Source of the DNA: Centroscyllium fabricii
Taxonomy: Eukaryota
Length of the DNA: 64,000 nt
Direction of reading: 5' to 3'
Assembly: GCA_051313645.2 (NCBI GenBank)
Contig: JBNRSN020000118.1
Span: 1,240,001 to 1,304,000, forward strand
Shown: one piece after another, positions 1 to 12,139 of the stretch
How positions within the stretch are numbered: position 1 is the stretch's first letter
How the letters are laid out: each line of letters opens with the position of its first letter
Translations under genes and position numbers: made by a program
Notes under the pieces: generated by a model
Databases searched by the model: none
What the model was told of the DNA's origin: nothing
What the model saw: only the letters and a program-made list of their open reading frames with translations

Positions 1-114
1 TGTTGTGGTGCACACTGTACAGATGTTCATCATGTTGTAGTGCACACTGTGCAGATGTTCACCTTGTTGTGGTGCACACTGTACAGATGTTCATCTTGTT
101 GTGGTGCACATTGT

Positions 115-3100
115 ACAGATGTTCATCATGTTGTGGTGCATACTGTACAGATGTACATCTTGTTGTGGTGCACACTGTACAGATGTTCATCATGCTGTGG
201 TGCACACTTTACAGATGTTCATCATGCTGTTGTTCACACTGTACAGATGCTCATCTTGTTGTGGTGCAAACTGTACAGATGTTCATCATGTTGTGGTGCA
301 CACTGTACAGATGTTCATCATGTTGTGGTACACACTGTACAGATGTTCATCATGTTGTGGTGCACACTGTACAGATGTTCATCATGTTGTGGTGCACACT
401 GTACAAATGCTCATCTTATTGTGTTGCACACTGTACAGATGTTCATCTTGTTGTGGAGAACACTGTACAGATGTTCATCATGTTGTGGTGCACACTGTAC
501 AGATGTTCATCATGTTGTGGTGCACACTGTACAGATGTTCATCATGTTGTGTTTCACACTGTACAGATATTCATCATGTTGTGGTGCACATTGTTCAGAT
601 GTTCATCATGTTGTGGTGCACACTGTACAGATGTTCATCATGTTGTGGTGCACACTGTACAGATGTTCATCATGTTGTGGTGCACAATGTACAGATGTTC
701 ATCTTGTTGTGGTGCACACTGTACAGATGTTCATCATGTTGTGGTGCACACTGTACAGATGTTCATCATGTTGTGGTGCACAATGTACAGATGTTCATCA
801 TGTTGTGGATCACACTGTACAGATGTTCAACATGTTGTGGTGCACACTGTACAGATGTTCATCATGTTGTGGTGCACACTGTACAAATGTTCATCTTATT
901 GTTTTGCACACTGTACAGATGTTCATCTTGTTGTGGTGCACACTGTACAGATGTTCATCATGTTGTGGTGCACACTGTACAGATGTTCAGCTTGTTGTGG
1001 TGCACACTGTACAGATGTTCATCTTGTTGTGGTGCACATTCTACAGATGTTCATCATGTTGTGGTGCATACTGTACAGATGTACATCTTGTTGTGGTGCA
1101 CACTGTACAGATGTTCATCACGTTGTGGTGCACACTTTACAGATGTTCATCATGCTGTTGTGCACACTGTACAGATGCTCATCTTGTTGTGGTGCAAACT
1201 GTACAGATGCTCATCATGTTGTGGTACACACTGTACAGATGTTCATCATGTTGTGGTGCACACTGTACATATGTTCATCTTGTTGTGGTGCACACTGTAC
1301 AGATGTTCATCATGTTGTGGTGCACACTGCACAGATGTTCATCATGTTGTGGTGCACACTGTACAAATGTTCATCTTATTGTGTTGAACACTGTACAGAT
1401 GTTCATCTTGTTGTGGTGCACACTGTACAGATGTTCATCATGTTGAGGTGCACAATGTACAGATGTTCATCTTGTTGTGGTGCACAATGTACAGATGTTC
1501 ATCTTGTTGTGGTACACACTGTACAGATGTTCATCATATTGTGGTGCACACTGTACAGATGTTCATCTTGTTGTGGTGCACAATGTACAGATGTTCATCA
1601 TGTTGTCGTGCACACTGTACAGATGTTCATCATGTTGTGGTGCACACTGTACAGATGTTCATCATGTTGTGGTGCACACTGTACAGATGTTCATCATGTT
1701 GTGGTGCACATTGTACAGATGGTCATCATGTTGTGGTGCACACTGTACAGATGTTCATCATGTTGTTGTGCACACTGTACAGGTGTTCATCATGTTGCGG
1801 TGCACAATGTACAGATGTTCATCTTGTTGTGGTGCACACTGTACAGATGTTCATCATGTTGTGGTGCACTCTGTACAGATGTTCATCATGTTGTGGTGCA
1901 CATTTTACAGATGTTCAACATGTTGTGATGCACACTGTACAGATTTTCATCATGTTGTGGTGCACACTGTACAGATGTTCATCATGTTGTTGCGCACAAT
2001 GTACAGATGTTCATCTTGTTGTGGTGCACACTGTACAGATGTTCATCATGTTGTGGTGCACATTGTACAGATGTTCATCATGTTGTGGTGCACACTGTAC
2101 AGATGTTCATCATGTTGTGGTGCACACTGTACAGATGTCCATCTTGTTGTGGTGCACACTGTACAGATGTTCATCTTGTTGTGGTGCACACTGTACAGAT
2201 GTTCATCATATTGTGGTGCACACTGTACAGATGTTAATCTTGTTGTGGGGCACACTGTACAGATGTTCATCATGTTGTGGTGCACACTGTACAGATGATC
2301 ATCATGTTGTGGTGCACACTGTACAGATGTTCACCTTTTTTGGTGCACACTGTACAGATGCTCATCTTGTTGTGGAGCAAACTGTACAGATGTTCATCAT
2401 GTTGTGGTACACACTGTACAGATGTTCGTCATGTTGTGGTGCACACTGTACAGATGTTCATCATATTGTGGTGCACACTGTACAGATGTTAATCTTGTTG
2501 TGGGGCACACTGTACAGATGTTCATCATGTTGTGGTGCACACTGTACAGATGTTCATCATGTTGTGGTGCACACTGTACAGATGTTCACCTTTTTTGGTG
2601 CACACTGTACAGATGCTCATCTTGTTGTGGGGCAAACTGTACAGATGTTCATCATGTTGTGGTGCACAATGTACAGATGTTCATCATGTTGTTGTGCACA
2701 ATGTACAGATGTTCATCTTGTTGTGGTACACACTGTACAGATGTTCATCATGTTGTGCTGCACATTGTACAGATGTTCATCATGTTGTGGTGCACACTGT
2801 ACAGATGTTCATCATGTTGTGGTGCACACTGTACAGATGTTCATCATGTTGTGGTGCACACTGTACAGATGTTCATCTTGTTGTGGTGCACACTGTACAG
2901 ATGTTCATCATGTTGTGGTGCACACTGTACAGATGTTCATCATGTTGTGGTGCACACGGTACAGATGTTCATCATGTTGTGGTGCACACCGTACAGATGT
3001 TCATCATGTTGTGGTGCACACTGTACAAATGTTCATCTTATTGTGTTGCACACTGTACAGATGTTCATCTTGTAGTGGTGCACACTGTACAGATGTTCAT

Positions 3101-6100
3101 CATGTTGTGGTGCACACTTTACAGATGTTCATCTTGTTGTGGTGCACACTGTACAGATGTTCATCTAGTTTTGGTGCACACTGTACAGATGTTCATCATA
3201 TTGTGGTGCACACTGTACAAATGTTCATCTTGTTGTGGTGCACACTGTACAGATGTTCATCATGTTGTGGTGCACACTGTACAGATGTTCATCATGTTGT
3301 GGTGCACACTGTACAGATGTTCACCTTTTTTGGTGCACACTGTACATATGTTCATCTTGTTGTGGTGCACACTGTACAGATGTTCATCTTGTTGTGGTGC
3401 ACATTGTACAGATGTTCACCATGTTGTGGTGCACACTGTACAGATGTTCATCTTGTTGTGGTGCACACTGTACAGATGTACACCTTCTTGTGGTGTACAG
3501 AGTACAGATGTTCATCATGTTGTGGAGCACACTGTACAGATGTTCCTCATGTTGTGGTACACACTGTACAGATGTTCATCTTATTGTGGTGCACACTGTG
3601 CAGATGTACATCTTGTTGTGGTGCACACTGTACAGATGCTCATCTTGTTGTGGTGCAAACTGTACAGATGTTCATCATGTTGTGGTGCACACTGTACAGA
3701 TGTTCATCATGTTGTGGTGCATACTGTACAGATGTACATCTTGTTGTGGTGCACACTGTACAGATGTTCATCATGCTGTGGTGCACACTTTACAGATGTT
3801 CATCATGCTGTTGTTCACACTGTACAGATGCTCATCTTGTTGTGGTGCAAACTGTACAGATGTTCATCATGTTGTGGTGCACACTGTACAGATGTTCATC
3901 ATGTTGTGGTACACACTGTACAGATGTTCATCATGTTGTGGTGCACACTGTACAGATGTTCATCATGTTGTGGTGCACACTGTACAAATGCTCATCTTAT
4001 TGTGTTGCACACTGTACAGATGTTCATCTTGTTGTGGAGAACACTGTACAGATGTTCATCATGTTGTGGTGCACACTGTACAGATGTTCATCATGTTGTG
4101 GTGCACACTGTACAGATGTTCATCATGTTGTGGTTCACACTGTACAGATATTCATCATGTTGTGGTGCACATTGTTCAGATGTTCATCATGTTGTGGTGC
4201 ACACTGTACAGATGTTCATCATGTTGTGGTGCACACTGTACAGATGTTCATCATGTTGTGGTGCACAATGTACAGATGTTCATCTTGTTGTGGTGCACAC
4301 TGTACAGATGTTCATCATGTTGTGGTGCACACTGTACAGATGTTCATCATGTTGTGGTGCACAATGTACAGATGTTCATCATGTTGTGGATCACACTGTA
4401 CAGATGTTCAACATGTTGTGGTGCACACTGTACAGATGTTCATCATGTTGTGGTGCACACTGTACAAATGTTCATCTTATTGTGTTGCACACTGTACAGA
4501 TGTTCATCTTGTTGTGGTGCACACTGTACAGATGTTCATCATGTTGTGGTGCACACTGTACAGATGTTCAGCTTGTTGTGGTGCACACTGTACAGATGTT
4601 CATCTTGTTGTGGTGCACATTCTACAGATGTTCATCATGTTGTGGTGCATACTGTACAGATGTACATCTTGTTGTGGTGCACACTGTACAGATGTTCATC
4701 ACGTTGTGGTGCACACTTTACAGATGTTCATCATGCTGTTGTGCACACTGTACAGATGCTCATCTTGTTGTGGTGCAAACTGTACAGATGTTCATCATGT
4801 TGTGGTACACACTGTACAGATGTTCATCATGTTGTGGTGCACACTGTACATATGTTCATCTTGTTGTGGTGCACACTGTACAGATGTTCATCATGTTGTG
4901 GTGCACACTGCACAGATGTTCATCATGTTGTGGTGCACACTGTACAAATGTTCATCTTATTGTGTTGAACACTGTACAGATGTTCATCTTGTTGTGGTGC
5001 ACACTGTACAGATGTTCATCATGTTGAGGTGCACAATGTACAGATGTTCATCTTGTTGTGGTGCACACTGTACAGATGTTCATCTTGTTGTGGTACACAC
5101 TGTACAGATGTTCATCATATTGTGGTGCACACTGTACAGATGTTCATCTTGTTGTGGTGCACACTGTACAGATGTTCATCATGTTGTCGTGCACACTGTA
5201 CAGATGTTCATCATGTTGTGGTGCACACTGTACAGATGTTCATCATGTTGTGGTGCACACTGTACAGATGTTCATCATGTTGTGGTGCACATTGTACAGA
5301 TGGTCATCATGTTGTGGTGCACACTGTACAGATGTTCATCATGTTGTTGTGCACACTGTACAGGTGTTCATCATGTTGTGGTGCACAATGTACAGATGTT
5401 CATCTTGTTGTGGTGCACACTGTACAGATGTTCATCATGTTGTGGTGCACTCTGTACAGATGTTCATCATGTTGTGGTGCACATTTTACAGATGTTCAAC
5501 ATGTTGTGATGCACACTGTACAGATTTTCATCATGTTGCGGTGCACACTGTACAGATGTTCATCATGTTGTTGCGCACAATGTACAGATGTTCATCTTGT
5601 TGTGGTGCACACTGTACAGATGTTCATCATGTTGTGGTGCACGTTGTACAGATGTTCATCATGTTGTGGTGCACACTGTACAGATGTTCATCATGTTGTG
5701 GTGCACACTGTACAGATGTCCATCTTGTTGTGGTGCACACTGTACAGATGTTCATCTTGTTGTGGTGCACACTGTACAGATGTTCATCATATTGTGGTGC
5801 ACACTGTACAGATGTTAATCTTGTTGTGGGGCACACTGTACAGATGTTCATCATGTTGTGGTGCACACTGTACAGATGTTCATCATGTTGTGGTGCACAC
5901 TGTACAGATGTTCACCTTTTTTGGTGCACACTGTACAGATGCTCATCTTGTTGTGGTGCAAACTGTACAGATGTTCATCATGTTGTGGTACACACTGTAC
6001 AGATGTTCATCATGTTGTGGTGCACACTGTACAGATGTTCATCATATTGTGGTGCACACTGTACAGATGTTAATCTTGTTGTGGGGCACACTGTACAGAT

Positions 6101-7220
6101 GTTCATCATGTTGTGGTGCACACTGTACAGATGTTCATCATGTTGTGGTGCACACTGTACAGATGTTCACCTTTTTTGATGCACACTGTACAGATGCTCA
6201 TCTTGTTGTGGTGCAAACTGTACAGATGTTCATCATGTTGTGGTGCACAATGTACAGATGTTCATCATGTTGTTGTGCACAATGTACAGATGTTCATCTT
6301 GTTGTGGTACACACTGTACAGATGTTCATCATGTTGTGCTGCACATTGTACAGATGTTCATCATGTTGTGGTGCACACTGTACAGATGTTCATCATGTTG
6401 TGGTGCACACTGTACAGATGTTCATCATGTTGTGGTGCACACTGTACAGATGTTCATCTTGTTGTGGTGCACACTGTACAGATGTTCATCATGTTGTGGT
6501 GCACACTGTACAGATGTTCATCATGTTGTGGTGCACACGGTACAGATGTTCATCATGTTGTGGTGCACACCGTACAGATGTTCATCATGTTGTGGTGCAC
6601 ACTGTACAAATGTTCATCTTATTGTGTTGCACACTGTACAGATGTTCATCTTGTAGTGGTGCACACTGTACAGATGTTCATCATGTTGTGGTGCACACTT
6701 TACAGATGTTCATCTTGTTGTGGTGCACACTGTACAGATGTTCATCTAGTTTTGGTGCACACTGTACAGATGTTCATCATATTGTGGTGCACACTGTACA
6801 AATGTTCATCTTGTTGTGGTGCACACTGTACAGATGTTCATCATGTTGTGGTGCACACTGTACAGATGTTCATCATGTTGTGGTGCACACTGTACAGATG
6901 TTCACCTTTTTTGGTGCACACTGTACATATGTTCATCTTGTTGTGGTGCACACTGTACAGATGTTCATCTTGTTGTGGTGCACATTGTACAGATGTTCAC
7001 CATGTTGTGGTGCACACTGTACAGATGTTCATCTTGTTGTGGTGCACACTGTACAGATGTACACCTTCTTGTGGTGTACAGAGTACAGATGTTCATCATG
7101 TTGTGGAGCACGCTGTACAGATGTTCCTCATGTTGTGGTACACACTGTACAGATGTTCATCTTATTGTGGTGCACACTGTGCAGATGTACATCTTGTTGT
7201 GGTGCACACTGTACAGATGT
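115..7220. repeat. Higher-order tandem duplication, period 3,581 bp (112 monomers minus 3 bp), 2 copies
   Basis: ORF offsets 1448/5029, 2007/5588, 2532/6113 and 3235/6816 all equal 3,581. The variant ATACTG at 140 recurs at 3721. Each copy carries three 31-bp monomers (2332, 2587, 3322; 5913, 6168, 6903). Variant match is lost near 3640/7220. Confidence 0.93.
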
Positions 7221-10200
7221 GCATCTTGTTGTGTTGCACACTGTACAGATGTTCACCTTGTTGTGGTGCACACTGTACAGATGTTCATCATGTTGTGGTG
7301 CACATTGTACAGATGTTCATCTTGTTGTGGTTCACATTGTACAGATGTTCACCATGTTGTGGTGCACACTGTACAGATGTTCATCTTGTTGTGGTGCACA
7401 CTGTACAGATGTTCATCATGTTGTAGTGCACACTGTGCATATGTTCATCTTGTTGTGGTGCACAATGTACAGATGTTCATCTTGTTGTGGTGCACATTGT
7501 ACAGATGTTCATCATGTTGTGGTGCATACTGTACAGATATAGAACTTGTTGTGGTGCACACTGTACAGATGTTCATCATGTTGTGGTGCACTCTTTACAG
7601 ATGTTCCTCATGCTGTTGTGCACACTGTACAGATGCTCATCTTGTTGTGTTGCAAACTGTACAGATGTTCATCAGGTTGTTGTACACACTGTACAGATGT
7701 TCATCATGTTGTGGTGCACACTGTACAAATGTTCATCTTATTGTGTTGCACACTGTACAGATGTTCATCTTGTTGTGGTGCACACTGTACAGATGTTCAT
7801 CATGTTGTGGTGCACACTGTACAGATGTTCAGCTTGTTGTGGTGCACACTGTACAGATGTTCATCTTGTTGTGGTGCACATTCTACAGATGTTCATCATG
7901 TTGTGGTGCATACTGTACGGATGTACATCTTGTTGTGGTGCACACTGTACAGATGTTCATCACGTTGTGGTGCACACTTTACAGATGTTCATCATGCTGT
8001 TGTGCACACTGTACAGATGCTCATCTTGTTGTGGTGCAAACTGTACAGATGTTCATCAAGTTGTGGTACACACTGTACAGATGTTCATCATGTTGTGGTG
8101 CACACTGTACATATGTTCATCTTGTTGTGGTGCACAATGTACAGATGTTCATCATGTTGTGGTGCACACTGCACAGATGTTCATCATGTTGTGGTGCACA
8201 CTGTACAAATGTTCATCTTATTGTGTTGAACACTGTACAGATGTTCATCTTGTTGTGGTGCACACTGTACAGATGTTCATCATGTTGAGGTGCACAATGT
8301 ACAGATGTTCATCTTGTTGTGGTGCACACTGTACAGATGTTCATCTTGTTGTGGTGCACACTGTACAGATGTTCATCATATTGTGGTGCACACTGTGCAG
8401 ATGTTCATCTTGTTGTGGTGCACACTGTACAGATGTTCATCATGTTGTTGTGCACACTGTACAGGTGTTCATCATGTTCTGGTGCACAATGTACAGATGT
8501 TCATCTTGTTGTGGTGCACACTGTACAGATGTTCATCATGTTGTGGTGCACACTGTACAGATGTTCATCATGTTGTGGTGCACATTTTACAGATGTTCAA
8601 CATGTTGTGATGCACACTGTACAGATTTTCATCACGTTGTGGTGCACACTGTACAGATGTTCATCATGTTGTTGCGCACAATGTACAGATGTTCATCTTG
8701 TTGTGGTGCACACTGTACAGATGTTCATCATGTTGTGGTGCACATTGTACAGATGTTCATCATGTTGTGGTGCACACTGTACAGATGTTCATCATGTTGT
8801 GGTGCACACTGTACAGATGTCCATCATGTTGTGGTGCACACTGTACAGATGTTCATCTTGTTGTGGTGCACACTGTACAGATGTTCATCATGTTGTGGTG
8901 CACACTGTACAGATGTTCATCATGTTGTGGTGCACACTGTACAGATGTTCATCATGTTGTGGTGCACCCTGTACAGATGTTCATCATGTTGTGGTGCACA
9001 CTGTACAAATGTTCATCTTATTGTGTTGCACACTGTACAGATGTTCATCTTGTTGTGGTGCACACTGTACAGGTGTTCATCATGTTGTGGTGCACACTGT
9101 ACAGATGTTCATCTTGTTGTGGTGCACACTGTACAGATGTTCATCTTGTTGTGGTGCACACTGTACAGATGTTCATCATATTGTGGTGCACACTGTACAG
9201 ATGTTAATTTTGTTGTGGGGCTCACTGTACAGATGTTCATCATGTTGTGGTGCACACTGTACAGATGTTCATCATGTTGTGGTGCACACTGTACAGATGT
9301 TCACCTTTTTTGGTGCACACTGTACAGATGCTCATCTTGTTGTGGTGCAAACTGTACAGATGTTCATCATGTTGTGGTACACACTGTACAGATGTTCATC
9401 ATGTTGTGGTGCACACTGTACAGATGTTCATCTTGTTGTGGTGCACACTGTACAGATGTTCATCTTGTTGTGGTGCACACTGTACAGATGTTCATCATGT
9501 TGTGGTGCACACTGTACAGATGTTCATCATGTTGTTGTGCACACTGTACAGATGTTCATCATGTTGTGGTGCACACTGTACAGATGTTCATCTTGTTGTG
9601 GTGCACACTGTACAGATGTTCATCATATTGTGGTGCACACTGTACAGATGTTAATCTTGTTGTGGGGCACACTGTACAGATGTTCATCATGTTGTGGTGC
9701 ACACTGTACAGATGTTCATCATGTTGTGGTGCACACTGTACAGATGTTCACCTTTTTTGGTGCACACTGTACAGATGCTCATCTTGTTGTGGTGCAAACT
9801 GTACAGATGTTCATCATGTTGTGGTACACACTGTGCAGATGTTCATCATGTTGTGGTGCACACTGTACATATGTTCACTTGTTGTGGTGCACACTGTACA
9901 GATGTTCATCTTGTTGTGGTTCACATTGTACAGATGTTCACCATGTTGTGGTGCACACTGTACAGATGTTCATCTTGTTGTGGTGCACACTGTACAGATG
10001 TACACCTTCTTGTGGTGTACACAGTACAGATGTTCATCATGTTGTGGAGCACACTGTACAGATGTTCCTCATGTTGTGGTACACACTGTACAGATGTTCA
10101 TCTTATTGTGGTGCACACTGTGCAGATGTACATCTTGTTGTGGTGCACACTGTACAGATGTGCATCTTGTTGTGTTGCACATTGTACAGATGTTCACCTT

Positions 10201-12139
10201 GTTGTGGTGCACACTGTACAGATGTTCATCATGTTGTGGTGCACATTGTACAGATGTTCATCTTGTTGTGGTTCACATTGTACAGATGTTCACCATGTTG
10301 TGGTGCACACTGTACAGATGTTCATCTTGTTGTGGTGCACACTGTACAGATGTTCATCATGTTGTAGTGCACACTGTGCATATGTTCATCTTGTTGTGGT
10401 GCACACTGTACAGATGTTCATCTTGTTGTGGTGCACATTGTACAGATGTTCATCATGTTGTGGTGCATACTGTACAGATATACAACTTGTTGTGGTGCAC
10501 ACTGTACAGATGTTCATCATGTTGTGGTGCATTCTTTACAGATGTTCCTCATGCTGTTGTGCACACTGTACAGATGCTCATCTTGTTGTGTTGCAAACTG
10601 TACAGATGTTCATCAGGTTGTTGTACACACTGTACAGATGTTCAACATGTTGTGGTGCACACTGTACAGATGTTCATCTTGTTGTGGTGCACACTGTACA
10701 GATGTTCATCATGTCGTGGTGCACACTGTACAGATATTCATCATGTTGTGGTGCACACTGTACAGATGTTCATCATGTTGTGGTGCACACTGTACAGATG
10801 TTCATCATGTTGTGGTGCACACTGTACAAATGTTCATCTTATTGTGTTGCACACTGTACAGATGTTCATCTTGTTGTGGTGCACACTGTACAGATGTTCA
10901 TCATGTTGTGGTGCACACTGTACAGATGTTCAGCTTGTTGTGGTGCACACTGTACAGATGTTCATCTTGTTGTGGTGCACATTCTACAGATGTTCATCAT
11001 GTTGTGGTGCATACTGTACAGATGTACATCTTGTTGTGGTGCACACTGTACAGATGTTCATCACGTTGTGGTGCACACTTTACAGATGTTCATCATGCTG
11101 TTGTGCACACTGTACAGATGCTCATCTTGTTGTGGTGCAAACTGTACAGATGTTCATCATGTTGTGGTACACACTGTACAGATTTTCATCATGTTGTGGT
11201 GCACACTGTACATATGTTCATCTTGTTGTGGTGCACACTGTACAGATGTTCATCATGTTGTGGTGCACACTGCACAGATGTTCATCATGTTGTGGTGCAC
11301 ACTGTACAAATGTTCATCTTATTGTGTTGAACACTGTACAGATGTTCATCTTGTTGTGGTGCACACTGTACAGATGTTCATCATGTTGAGGTGCACAATG
11401 TACAGATGTTCATCTTGTTGTGGTGCACACTGTACAGATGTTCATCTTGTTGTGGTGCACACTATACAGATGTTCATCATATTGTCGTGCACACTGTACA
11501 GATGTTCATCATGTTGTGGTGCACACTGTACAGATGTTCATCATGTTGTGGTGCACACTGTACAGATGTTCATCATGTTGTGGTGCACATTGTACAGATG
11601 GTCATCATGTTGTGGTGCACACTGTACAGATGTTCATCATGTTGTTGTGCACACTGTACAGGTGTTCATCATGTTGTGGTGCACAATGTACAGATGTTCA
11701 TCTTGTTGTGGTGCACACTGTACAGATGTTCATCATGTTGTGGTGCACAATGTACAGATGTTCATCATGTTGTGGAGCACATTTTACAGATGTTCAACAT
11801 GTTGTGATGCACACTGTACTGATTTTCATCATGTTGTGGTGCACACTGTACAGATGTTCATCATGTTGTTGTGCACAATTTACAGATGTTCATCTTGTTG
11901 TGGTGCACACTGTACAGATGTTCATCATGTTGTGGTGCACATTGTACAGATGTTCATCATGTTGTGGTGCACACTGTACAGATGTACATCATGTTGTGGT
12001 GCACACTGTACAGATGTCCATCATGTTGTGGTGCACACTGTACAGATGTTCATCTTGTTGTGGTGCACACTGTACAGATGTTCATCATGTTGTGGTGCAC
12101 ACTGTACAGATGTTCATCATGTTCTGGTGCACACTGTAC

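Noticed and set aside
16-29. Steroid hormone response element-like TGTACA-GA-TGTTCA
   Set aside because: Canonical GRE/ARE/PRE half-sites need a 3-bp spacer (GGTACAnnnTGTTCT). The spacer here is 2 bp.
2332-2345. T-run after a dyad as an intrinsic terminator
   Set aside because: There is no GC-rich stem and no upstream gene. It is simply a variant monomer copied by duplication.
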